Source: Jimgerdemannia flammicorona (taxonomy: Eukaryota). Taken from it: a stretch of 36,153 bases of DNA. A program made the position numbers and the translations under genes. The notes below the pieces were generated by a model, which saw only the letters and a list, made by a program, of their open reading frames with translations, did no database searches and had not been told where the DNA came from. The first letter of the stretch is position 1, and each line of letters starts with the position of its first letter. This document shows positions 1 through 15,246 of the stretch, one piece after another. Location: assembly GCA_003990765.1 (NCBI GenBank), contig RBNJ01000229.1, forward strand, positions 1-36,153, given 5' to 3'.

Positions 1-1560
1 CCAAAACCCTCCCCCACCACCCACCGAACAATATCCCCCCATTAACCTAGGCTACTAAATTGTCCAGCAGTCCCACCGCTCCAGCTATGCCTGTCGAACA
101 CTGGCTACATCGACCCCAATGACATAGACTAGACTTGTCTGCTCACCAGGGCTGGATCATCGTTTACACGCGAGAGCACACCTATGCGTCGGATCTAGCA
201 GCGCCGGGACTGAATAAAGAATAGCCCCCCAAACCCCAAAAGAAAGCCCGAGGCAAAGAAAAAACCCCCCAACCAACCAACAGAGAGCAAAGTAGATTCA
301 AAGTGGGTGAGTAAAGGACTTACATGCAGCACCTCCCTCAAAGGACTTACACATGGGCTAGGGCCTGAAAAGACCCCACTTCCACTCCCCAAGCCTGCAG
401 GCCTCGATCACGTTGCTGTGTCAGCTCCTGGTTCCAGTTGGGTACTGCCAAATGAGGAAGGTCCCACTCCCCAAGCCTGCGGGCCTCGATCGCGTTGCCG
501 CGTCAGCTCCCGGTTCCAGTTGGGTATAGCCAGGACGCCGGCCCCTGCACCACCCCACCCCCCACCAGCCAATCGAAAGGCCCTACCGAAATATTGTCTG
601 CCCCAGCCCCGATGACCACCCCCAGCCTGGCACCCCACTGGTTCACCGTAATCGCCCTTCCTCCTATCTGTGATGGCCATCTCCCCTCCCATCCCGACAT
701 CACCTGAAAAGCAGTCACCTACGCCAGAACCACGCTCGCCGGGAAGCTCGCCAAAGCCAGAGGGCCTCACCACAGGCACCGAGGACCTGCAGGTAACCTA
801 CACTGAGCACTTGACGCCCAAGGTCGGCCGACTCCCTACGTAGTCCGAGATACACCGAGACAGCACCTTGTTGGCGACGGCAAAAGGAAGAAGGCACCGC
901 ACCAAAATGGATACACTCCAGACACAGCCGAAGACACTAGAAACTACGAAAAAGTGTAGAAGACACCGATCTGACACCGATAAAGGGGCAACTCATCACC
1001 ATTGCCCTCCTCCCACCATGCCCATGCAGGCACAGCAAACCAACCCGAGGTAGAGGGGGTAATAATAGGGGAAAGGGGACTCAGAAGGTCGCCTACCAAA
1101 CCTTGTGACCGGTAAGGTAGCGGAGAAAGGAGCGGTCGCCCCTACCCCTTCTCTATGAAAGACTACTTTGTCAAACACAATCCCCACCCTCCCACCACTC
1201 TGCTCACATATCTTCATCACTAAACCTCAATGTCTGCCCCCCTGAGGTCCCCAACCCACCCACCATCTGGTCAGCAGATCTCTCACCAGCTCCTCCCACC
1301 TTAACACCTTCTCATATAACCCCAACCGCTGCCCCTTCTCAAATACGAAAAGCCAATGTCCCACCAGTCCCACCCATACTGCTAATACCCATCCTAAAGC
1401 AGAATCAGAAGATAGAAGCAAAGTACCAGAGTAGAGTAGCAATGGAGATCTAAAGAGCAGTAATAAAAATAGAGAGCTAGAGAGCAGAAATAGAAATAGG
1501 AAACTGAAGTACAGAGATAGAAATAGGGAGTAGAGCAAAAATAGAAAAGAGAGAGCTGAG
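1..1560. mobile_element. Probable transposon/repeat-derived sequence, family unidentified
   Basis: No coherent spliced gene. C-rich then purine-rich low-complexity blocks, an internal direct repeat and short GACACCGA-type repeats (about 850-980). CpG declines towards the AT-rich block. No diagnostic domain recognised. Confidence 0.25.
382..526 (+). repeat. 63-bp direct repeat pair (382-444 and 464-526)
   Basis: CCACTCCCCAAGCCTGC...GGTTCCAGTTGGGTA occurs twice. Five differences, all CG (copy 2) versus CA or TG (copy 1). Confidence 0.9.
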
Positions 1561-2172
1561 AAGTAATGGGTTTCTTTGACAGGTGATAGAGCTTTTAATA
1601 TAATAAAAAATAATGATATAATATCAAATTAAATAAGCTTAAGTTTCTTAGAATAATTCAGAAATTATTCAGATAGTATATTATCTGATAGAGAATTTCT
1701 TAGCAAATGCATCATTCAAGATTTGACAGTCTTTGTCTATCCCTTTGTCTGTAGATAATATTGTCTTTTAAAATTATTTAGCAGACAAATTAAAGTTTGA
1801 AAAAAATGATTTTTTGAAACATTGTTTTTCTGTTAAAAATATATCTCAATTTGTTTAAAAACAATTTTTTTTTTTAAAAACTATTATGATTTTAAAAGTT
1901 ATAAACTTTTAAAATCTTGTCTCTAAATTTAGGTGCAAAACAGTCAAAGGGATATACTGCCTATTCACTGCCCTTTATTGTCAATTTCCTAATGATCTTA
2001 TGATCTTTATCTTGTAGCTTATAGACTTATAGACTTACAGTATCCAAATTGAGGCCTTATGAAACAATTATCTAGTACAAGCATAAAGAGTGTTTAAAAT
2101 GGTTCTATGTAATACTACTATATTATAACAAACTCTCAATCTATATATCTCTCATACTTATATCAATGATAT

Positions 2173-2277
2173 AAGCAAATAAGTTCACTTACAAAAATAG
2201 TAAGCAAATAAGTTTATCTACAAAAGCAGTAAGTAGACAAGTTTTTTGTAAGCAAATAAGTTTACTTATAAAGCACT
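2173..2277 (+). repeat. Degenerate ~29-bp tandem repeat upstream of the piggyBac ORF
   Basis: AAGCAAATAAGTT-like units start at 2173, 2202, 2231 and 2250. Confidence 0.6.
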
Positions 2278-2399
2278 CAAGTTTCCCACCTCTATTACTA
2301 TACTTACCCCCCACTTCTACCACTATACCTACCTCTATATCTACTACCTCTATACTAGAAATTTATAAGAAAAAGTAGCAAAAGGAAACAAACTATTAT

Positions 2400-2629
2400 G
2401 ATCAAGATTCCATGCTGACCAGATCATATAACTACTAATGATAAGAGTAAAAATAAGATCATATCTGTTATTTTCACCATTCTTACCATAGATAATGAGA
2501 GTATAGATGATGGAGATATAGATGACAAGGATGGAGAATATGAGGATATAGATAATAAAAATGTAGAGAATAACAATGAGAATATAGATGATAATGATAA
2601 GTATATGAATAATGAGTTTATAGATAATG

Positions 2630-2661
<32 letters not shown>

Positions 2662-4305
2662 CCTTTATCTGACTTCTCTACTTTTATATACCTCAAATAT
2701 AAGAAACCTTTTTACTCAAATCCTACTCTCTTTAAGTATCTCAAATCTATTTTCTTCCATCTCTTCTTCTCTGATGAGATACTAAAAATAATTATTACCA
2801 ACATGAATTACTATACCATAATAAAGATAGAGAATCTTATAACTAGTAGAGAGTAGAAGATTTTAATAGTATCTAAACTCCTTATTTTCATTGTTATTTA
2901 TATTTATTTCAGTCTTTTTTGTACTAAAGGAAGCCTTGAGTAATAGTAGGATATAGATCTTCAGAAGTCAAAATATCACATTCTTAAGTATATATCTTTG
3001 TTTTATTTCTAACAAATCAAATAATTCCTTTACATTTTCTTATATAGTATATATAATGATAATTACTATATAGTGAAACTTGAGCTATTATTATCTTATA
3101 TTCCAAACAATATATCAACTAAGCTCTAATATATCTATCAATAAGATGATGATATAATTTATAAGCAGAAGCTTATATACTTACTATATAAAGTTTAAGC
3201 TAATCTCAAAGAGTTATAAGGTCTTCACATTATGTAATTATGATTATATATAGATATTTCTTCCAGATTCATATACTGCTAAAAGTAAGAAGATAGAGGA
3301 TGATGACAATAATAAGTTTGGTGTAATAGTATATATATACTATGATTTATCTAGTCAAACAATTATCTAAGACTTAGAGATTTAATATCTATATAGACAG
3401 ATACTTCTCTAGTATTCCACTATTCAAATATCTATAATAAAAAAGAATTAGAATATATGGAATGGTTAAAATAGATAGAACATAATTCCCAAAGAAACTC
3501 AAAATTAAATATAGCAAAGAGAAAGAGCTCAACTAGAATATATTATCAGAGGTGATCATTAATAATATTCTAGTATTACTATGGAAAGATATCTTTGCAG
3601 TCAAAATACTAACTATCATCTATGAATTATAAAGAGTAGAATGGAAAATTGAGTACAAATAACAATATCTAATAATAATCAAAGCTAATAAAACTCAAGT
3701 CCAAGTAACTTAGGGAAATAAATATTCTATAGATATTGATATTCTAAAGATTATTGATAATTACAACCATTACATAGGAGGGGTCAACATTACTAACCAA
3801 CTCTAAGCATATTACTATATATAAATTAAAGCTAAAAGAAATTAGTAACTGATATTCTTCTAGTTATTGGACATCACAGTTATTAATTTATATCTTATAT
3901 ATAAGATAGATAGGTCTAAGACTGACTACAAAACTACTTGACTTGACTTAACTTGGGGTCTTATAATACTAGTAGATGAGAAAGAAAAAGGAATAGAAAT
4001 AAGAAAGATATACAAGCATAGCCATAAAGAATAGATGCTGCTAAATCTCAAATATCCAAAGAATCCTTACATCATAAAAAATTTCTATAATTTAGATCTC
4101 TCTTGACTTCTTTCTAGCAACTATCTATCTACTATAAGAGACTGGTATGAGGCATACATATGGTATCAGTTACAAGTAAAGACTGACAAAATCACAATTA
4201 GTAAAAAGAACTCACCCTAAAGCAATATTATCTATCAAATATATATATAATATTATTCTTTATCTAAATCAAGAGTAAAACCATTTTGCAGAATATTATA
4301 CTTAG
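2400..4305 (+). mobile_element. piggyBac (PGBD/DDE_Tnp_1_7-type) transposase pseudogene, heavily C>T/G>A mutated
   Basis: Motifs in piggyBac order: acidic N-terminus; LFFSDEILKIIITNMNYY (~2760); F*QIK*FLYI for FxQIKRFLHI (~3005-3036); SINKMM for SIDEMM (~3134); IYIDRYFSSIPLF (~3387); LWKD (~3577); IDNYNHYIGGVNITNQL*AYY for DYNxxMGGVDxADQLR (~3750-3815); IFF*LLDITVINLY; degenerate Cys-rich tail to ~4300. Many stop codons. Ends are approximate and no TIRs were found. Confidence 0.9.
2626..2660 (+). repeat. (AAT)n microsatellite, probably a mutated poly-Asp tract in the transposase N-terminus
   Basis: About 11 AAT units following GAT/AAT codons in the acidic region. Confidence 0.8.
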
Positions 4306-4383
4306 AAAAAATAAATATGTTAATAGTTGGTAAGCAGGTAATATATAATACAATAAAGTAGAATCTTACTAATACTAATATTT

Positions 4384-4437
4384 ATCTATTCTAAATCTAT
4401 TCTAAATCTATTCTGAATCTATTCTAAATCTATTCCA
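4384..4437 (+). repeat. 11-bp tandem repeat (ATCTATTCTAA) x5
   Basis: Seen directly, just 3' of the piggyBac ORF. Confidence 0.85.
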
Positions 4438-5579
4438 GAGTACACCAGTCTTATCTAATCACAGACTTTACTTGGAGCCCCATTTCTTTTTCATCACTGA
4501 GGTGCTGATGACTATTAATCTTGCTGGAGTAATATTGAATATAACTAGATATATCATTACAGATAGCTATATATTTGTGAATAGTATATATATTTCATAT
4601 AGTTAATTCAAATCTAACAAGGTAGTGCTCTTTATTATAGTCTGAAAGAGATAGTTATTACTTGCTCTTCATCATAGTTGAAGATAGTTATTATACTTTT
4701 ATAGTAATAAAGTTCAATAGTAAATTATAATAATAAAATGTAGTTAGCTATTTATTGAAATTAATCTTTATAAATACTATTGATAATTTTGTAAATCTTA
4801 TCCTCATCATCTACTATAGGTATATTTAGTATAAGCCTCTTTGTTAAGATATATTTATGAGATAAAACTAGAGGATTTTTAAATAAAGCTAGTATTATAG
4901 TATAGATATCTGGTCTTGATTTGCCTTTCATCTTATCTTTTGATAGCTAAAGATGTAAGATTCTCTATAACTATTCTATATATATCTTATATAGAACTTT
5001 ATACTTATCCAATACTGCCACTGACAGCTTACTATTATATAGTTTATAATATAGTACTGAGATGAGAGCCTTAATATCTGAAATTGAGACAAATACTGAT
5101 GGTCTTTTTACCTTTAGTTTTTTAATAAAAAAAGCTGAGACAGATGTATTATACTTCTTTTTTATTATAAGTTATTGAAGATAGTAATATATATCTGTTG
5201 AGTATTGTTTAAAAAATAAATAAATAAATAAAAGACATTAAGACAATCTTTTAAATTATCTCTGAAAGTAATATAAAATCATTTTTATAATAAATCTGAG
5301 AGAAATAGAAATTTACATAGATTATATATCTCCTTTTATTACTCCAAATATATATATATTATTAATATGTACTAATCAATAATATCTCTTTTATTAACTA
5401 AAGATACTCTTCATAAATTTAGTAGTTCTTCTACTGATCTTTGAATAGATAATTCAAGCCTATCATACTTATCTCACTACAATAGGTATATTTGTCATTG
5501 TTTGATATTCTCAATCTCTTAGTAATATTGGTTTCACTTATATCTGGTATTAATGACTACTTTAGTGATTTATTTATCT

Positions 5580-6400
5580 TTTATAGCTTTTTAATCTCTA
5601 TGAATACTGTATAAAATATATAAATATTAGAGTGAAGTTTTAGATCATACATCAGTCCTTTAAAAATCAAGTCTTTTATTAATATGTACAGATATAGAAT
5701 TAGACTAAAAATAGTTCTATAGTCATAGAGATATCTTTAGTATATAGTATTCATCTTTTGTATCTCATTCTATAGTAGATTATAGATCAGTAAGACATAT
5801 AGTATGATGAATAGAGCCCAGATATTAGCTATAAATGAGATATAATCTAACTGATGACTATTAACTAATTCAGGTAATTTATATACAGATAAACTAAGTA
5901 CATATCAGTTATACTATATTATTTTTGATATACATATATTAACTGATATACCAAAGTTGCAAAGTATGATATATAAGTTTTCTATATTAGATTTATATAG
6001 CAAATTGTTATACTTGATATTATAGTGAGTAATCTTATTATTGTGTAAATATAATATTACATTAAGGAGCCCTTTGAAAATAATAAAGATAAGTTTTTAA
6101 AGATTGACCTCTTCTTTTATTTAATTGATAAGATCAGCCACTGGTCCTTCAGTATGCTCTATCTTGATTGATGTAAAATCTTTAATCAAATATACTTAAA
6201 AAGCTCATACAATATTGGAGTAATTAAGTTTAAGAAACAAGTTTGTCTTATTCAATCATAATGATGTCAAATAACATAGCATCTTCTTTGCTTAATATCT
6301 TAACTACACATATCTCTCTGTCTAATTAACTTCCTTCAAAAACTATACTATAACTTCTGACACTAAGTTTATTACTTAGTTTGACTTTTTCACCTATCAT
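5580..6400 (-). pseudogene. Ser/Thr protein kinase pseudogene, heavily C>T/G>A mutated; decayed coding-like sequence may continue to ~4450
   Basis: Minus strand from ATG 6400: LSVRSYSIVF (GxGxYG loop after G>A), CVVKIL (VAxK), LNYSNIV*AF (LxHPNIVR), YLHNNKITHYNIKYNNL (HxDIKxDNL, 6027-6001), ILCNFGIS (DFG, ~5958-5950), LPE, ANIWAL (ADIWAL, ~5829-5812), LL* (LPW), MYDLKLH (DPxxR). Subdomains are colinear with no intron in the domain. Confidence 0.88.
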
Positions 6401-6540
6401 CTTATCTTTTCAAAATTTAATCTGAATATTTTTAACAACCTAACTAATTATTATAAAATGAAAAACTGAAAAATGTATAAATTAAATAGTAATTAAAAGT
6501 AGTACAAAAAAGACAGATAAGAAAATACAAAAAATAAATA

Positions 6541-6543
<3 letters not shown>

Positions 6544-6582
<39 letters not shown>

Positions 6583-6606
6583 AAAAAAAAAAAAAAAAAA
6601 AAAAAA
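6544..6606 (+). repeat. Poly(A) tract (~63 nt, one T)
   Basis: Seen directly. Confidence 0.95.
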
Positions 6607-7053
6607 ACCCCAAAATATATAATACTCCTTTCTTAAAAAAAGTTTAAATTAAAGCAGTAATTTGGACAAAATTCTTGATGAACTAAAGTTAACTAAGTCT
6701 TAGCCAACCTTATTCAATCTTAGTTAAACCTGTTAGTTAAAACTTAGCTCATATCAACTGAAATCATTCTTAGGTTTAAGAATGTCTGTTCTTATTTTAC
6801 CTTAGCAAGCCTGCATACTGGGTCATCAGCTAAATACCTTCAGTCACGGCCAGAATAGTCGATATATGAGACTCACTTTGCGGCATTATGATGGTGGAAT
6901 ACATGCAAACGAGATACACATACACCACAATGCATCCAATTATATGAACCACGGACAACACTGAAGTCATTATCTCCCCTCTCCCCAAACAAGCACCCTT
7001 TGCACGTCCGAAACCTACTCAACGTGCAACTCTCCTGGTCGTCCTCTTCCCAT

Positions 7054-9047
7054 TTATTCTTTTCCTTGGGCCATGATCCTCTCGATCTCCTCAATGCTTC
7101 TGGGGACGGTGGTCAGGTTCTCGAACCCGTCCTCGGTGATGAGCACGTCGTCCTCGATGCGCACACCGCCCACGGAGCGGTATCGCGCTAGAACCTCGCG
7201 GTTGATGAAGCGCGCCGTGTCCGGGTCCGAGAGCACTGGATCGATCATGAAGTCGCAGAAGTAGATACCTGGGAGGGTGGGAGATTACACCGTGAACTAG
7301 AGATCCAATACCATGCAATGAAGAAACCCGCAATCCCAAAACCTACCGGGTTCGACCGTCACAACCATGCCCTTCTGTAGCGGCCGCCGCATGCGCAGGT
7401 ACCGGATACCCGGCTCCTGGATCCGCTCCACCCCCGCGGGGTAGCCGCCCACGTCGTGGACGTCCAGACCGAGGAGATGACCCTATTTGGATGAGCGGAT
7501 GAACGAGGAAATAGTAGAGGTGCGGGGCCCGATCAACACAGAATCACTCAGAGTTTACTGCAGCAAGTAATAATAAGATGACAATAGCGTGCCGCAAATG
7601 GTAGGGGACGAACATACCAGCCCGTGCGGAAAGAAGGCGGCGGTGACGTGGCTCTTGAGCAGCTCCTCCTCGTTGCCAACCAGGATGCCGGCCTTGACGA
7701 GGCCGCGAAGACCGACGAGCTCGGCCGTGCGGTGGACCCGCTCCCACTCCACGCCCGGCTTGATGATGGCGTAGCAGGCCTGCGGGAATTTGGTTTGTGG
7801 GCCGGAATCGACGATATGCATCAGGACCAGATATCGAGCAGCTCCCCTCCACCACGCCCAAACTAAAGAGACGTACTTAAATGACTTACATCCTGCATTT
7901 CCTCTACAATGTTGTAAATAACCCTAGCTTCCGCCGAGAACTTCCCCCCTGTTGGGTACGTCCTCGTAATGTCGCTTCCATAGCACATGAGCTCGGCACC
8001 CGCATCGACCAACAGCATCTGGTACGGGTTCTCTGCCTCCAACCACCTATTGTTCCGGTTATAATGCAGCGTGGCAGCGGCCTTCCCAGACGCGACGATG
8101 GGAGCATAGCACTGGAAGAACGCACCCCTCCTCGCACATTCGTACACAAACAGCGCGTGCATCTCGTACTCGTTCTGGCCCGGCCTGACCTCGCGCATCA
8201 GCCGCTCGTGCGCGTCAGACGAGATCCGGTTGATCCGCCGCAGCAGGTCGATCTCCCAGTCCTGCTTGGTGAGACGCGACTCAGCGAGGGCCGGGCGGAG
8301 GAAGGATATCTCGACTTGTGGCGAGGGAGTGAGAGATGAGATGGCCGGCAGGAGGACCGAGGTGTCAGTGATGTCGAGGGCGTGAATCGTGGTCGGACGG
8401 AGCGACTTTAAGACGCTCGGGAGCAGGGATTCGTAGTGTACCTCGTCGACGTCGTATTTGGCGAGGAGCTCGTCCGGGTTGTCAGGTTGGCCAATCCAGA
8501 CGATCGAGTCGGTGTCGACGGCTGGGACAAAGAGGAAGCTGCGGGAGGTGTTAAAGTCGTAGAGGAAGTGGAAGCCGGGCTCGTTGACGCCTGGTGGGGG
8601 AAGGAAAGGTGTTAAGAATCGGGGATGTTCGTGGCATCAAGCTTCGTGTCCTTGTTGATAAACGCTTGATGCTAACACTTGACAATTTGTTCATGACCAT
8701 GTGGTTCGATGCACACGCCTCTTTCCAAAACTCACCAGTCAGATAGAAGAAGTGACTCTCCTGCCTGAACGGCAATTCGACATCTGTGTCGTCGCGCATG
8801 TACAGCAGGTTGCCCCTAAGGTACACGACGCCCTCCGCAGCAGCGCCCATGTGGTGGACCATCTTCTGGACGTTGGTCTTGGTAGGGAGCCTGGTGTGCA
8901 CGCCATTGGTCTTGAGGCCTGTTTGAACGGGAAGGATGAGTTTGCGGGCTGGGAAGGGGACGGTTAGCATGGGTACATACTGGGACGAGCGTGAAGGGCG
9001 AGGGTGGCACCGCCGTGGGCGCTGTTGACGTTATCTCCGATGCACAT
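7054..9047 (-). CDS. pepP: Xaa-Pro aminopeptidase/prolidase, M24B family; 6 exons: 9047-8981, 8918-8736, 8590-7890, 7779-7618, 7482-7347, 7268-7054
   Basis: [59 protein letters not shown] and [12 protein letters not shown] (metal ligands intact). All introns GT-AG with consistent phase. The first exon is the least certain. Confidence 0.93.
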
Positions 9048-9829
9048 TGGAATGGGTGTCGACAACAAGAACAAAAAGAAGCAAAATAGCCAAAGTATGG
9101 GGACTTACACAAATGTAGTTTTTTCCACAATCACATGACACCTCTGATGACAAAAATCAGATCACATTGATACAGGTTGAGCACATGGATGCATGGATGG
9201 ACCCTGCGGACGGACCTCGTCACGTTGTAAATTCAAGATATTCGGGCTCTCTTTGAAGTCTAGGTTCTTACTCCTACTGATATTTCACCCCTTTGAGGAA
9301 CCCCGACCTCACAAATACAGTTTGCCCAGCTTCAATTCTTGGTAATGTTTCCCAGAAGCCACACACACGTATGTGAAATGGAAGATACCCACTGTTTCTT
9401 CGGGTTGCACTTTTTTTTTTTTTTTTTTTTCAAATTGTCTATTGGCAGGCGAAAGCCACTTGTTCAAAGTTCAAACAAACGGGCCCGAGTCACGGCAGCA
9501 ACCACCGTGTTGGCCTCTTTAACGAGGGCGTAAATAAACAATCGATGATACGAGGGGGTTGCGACGAATGGACCGGCAGTGACGTAGCTCTTGACTAGCT
9601 CGTAATTTGCCAAGAGTCCATATTTTTAATACCCTTTATAAGTAATATGTCTACATTGTAGCTCGCCTTCCCACGATGTTTTCGTTCGTCTCAAAGCCAC
9701 AAACACACCCCTAGAGCCGAGATTTTGCGCCCATTCGTTGGAGACTCATGGATATTCGGATATGGTGTCCTGTGAGTAATCAACACACGCTTATTACCAG
9801 GGCTCGTTCATAAACTCCACTTAGGCCGG

Positions 9830-10846
9830 TTTCATCCTCCAGAAACTGTGGTACTCGTCCCTGGAATGGAAGGACGAGATTGCCTGGCTGCCACCGGCTA
9901 TACGCCGCTACGAACGAAACCCAGTATCTCAACGGCGCCCTCAAGTGTCGAACAACTCCTTCACCGAGTACTCGTGGGATAACAAGGGCGGAGGCCTGCA
10001 CGTCTTCCTCTACCACCTCACCAAGAAAGACGAATTCAAGGTCAACGTCAAGGCATACTTTGATTTGTGCTGGACCCGCTCAGAAAATCCGCGCGGCCTT
10101 GGCTTTTATTTCTTCTGGGGCTCGCTCAGCTACGCTGCAAACGCCGCCTTCCTCATGCTCTGGCATTCCAAGGAGCTCGGACCCAACGACCCGTACGCCA
10201 AAAGCCTCAATACCTACGCTGTCCAATATCCTTGGCGACTGCGGAAGGTCGTGGGTCGTCGGGTTCGGCGAGAACTCGCCGCTACGACCATACCACAAGT
10301 CGTCCTACAACTCATATATCGACTACCCGCTGCGCGGACAGAATCAATCGATCGTCGGTGAAGATTTTTTGCATGGGTTGACGCTCAATAGGTTTATCTT
10401 GTATGGCGCTCTCGGGCCTGCCCAGAACGATTCTTACTATGACGATCGCTCCAATTACGAGTATACACTGAAGGTAGTTTTTATTATTATTTTGTACCAT
10501 TATTGCAATTCATTACTCTACGCGGCATTAGAGTCAACCAACGCCCATCCTCTCTCTCCCCACACAATAGTCACCCAAGACTACAACGCGGCCTTTACCG
10601 GCTCTGCTGATTGACTACTGCGGCAGCCAGAACTTCAAGCCCTTCACAGACTGCGGCCTGGACCTCGGTTGGTCACACCCTAACGCCTCCAAGCCGCCCT
10701 CGTGGCCCGCAAACGACTGCTACCACACCTGCAACAAGAACTACCAATTCCACCGCAACCGTGTCACGGGTACGAGCGCGGCGCACAGGACCGAACTGAC
10801 GGCAGAAGGCATACTATTTCATGAGCAATATGTATATTTGATTTAG
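9830..10846 (+). pseudogene. GH9 endoglucanase (cellulase) pseudogene, 5'-truncated and multiply frameshifted
   Basis: WYSS..WKDEIAW, LYAATNETQYL, YSWDNK, WGSLSYAANAAFL, ILGDCGRSWVVGFGENSPLRPYHKSS, LYGAL-GP..NDSYYDDRSNYEYT, DYNAAFTG, and a tail DCGLDLGWSHPNA..WPANDCYHTC. The motifs switch frame at about 9885, 9945, 10225, 10465 and 10605. Probable intron ~10474-10570. The N-terminal DAGD region is not found. Confidence 0.85.
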
Positions 10847-11655
10847 TGAACCTTTTTCACGTCCATCGGCGATAGTAAAAACTTAAGGTTGCCCAAGCTA
10901 ATGACCGACCTTCTTACGGAGCATGTCCCAATGGCCCAATAGAAGCCTTTGTTTTGCCGTCCGAGATCTAACAGCAGCGATGTGGATCCCGATCGCCGTT
11001 ATTCCTTGTGGCCAATGACGTCATCTAGCTATGAGGGTTGATTTCCCGATTATGGTCTAGGCCATCCTTAAAAGCAAACGCGCGATATTTTTATGTGGCG
11101 TATCTAGATCTATTGGGTCAATAGTGTAAGGAGCGACCATGGAAGTCTCGAATTTCGGCTTTTGACTGTTCGAGCAAAGCCAATGAATGGAGGGGGGGGT
11201 TAATATTCAGGATTCTCAGATGTTCGATTTCTATGAAATATTTCCACAGAATGAATCTGATGGCTCGGCAATGAAAACAATGATGAGCAAACCCCCCAGG
11301 AGCCCAAGAGCCCAAAAGCGAAAAAAGGGGATCACAGTTTTCGACAAGAGCGGCGGGCGGGCAATTGACACCAATTTAAATCATGACGTATCGATTGATC
11401 AATGAAATTGGTGCACATGTGGCTACGTCCAACGGGTTAATGGCCGTTTGGCGGAGTGGATTCTCTTGGCTTGGTGAAGAAAAATGGCTAGAGGCTTCTT
11501 GGCGAGACAGCCAGAAATAGAGAGACGGGATATCACGTGGCCCGACTCTACCACAAAGCCACCGCATCCATTTCCATGTGTTTGAGTCACACGGCCAGGC
11601 ACGAACACCCTCCTTTCCTCTTGTTCACTTCATTTTGTGGAGCATTCGCTTAGAC

Positions 11656-15246
<3,591 letters not shown>

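Larger units (their letters stand above)
1350..6845. other. AT-rich, CpG-depleted, TpA-rich hypermutated (RIP-like) block
   Basis: By eye no CG dinucleotide between about 1347 and 6846, and abundant TA. Embedded protein motifs are recoverable only by reverting T>C and A>G. Confidence 0.85.

Noticed and set aside
1..220. Possible 3' end of a LINE ORF2 followed by AATAAA
   Set aside because: No RT, RNase H or zinc-knuckle motif recognisable; too weak to call.
985..1060. GGGGCAA...TTGCCCT hairpin followed by TCCTCCC, reminiscent of an HDV-like ribozyme
   Set aside because: The pairing order does not fit the HDV double pseudoknot; no P3 or P2 partners found.
1560..6845. AT-rich block as a mitochondrial insertion, endosymbiont DNA or viral insert
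   Set aside because: The content is a nuclear-type piggyBac and a eukaryotic kinase, and directional transitions explain the AT richness. No organellar, bacterial or viral hallmark gene seen.
10850..11600. TGACGTCA (11016), CCAAT and CACGTG (11534) promoter-like motifs
   Set aside because: Short motifs expected by chance, with no supporting evidence.
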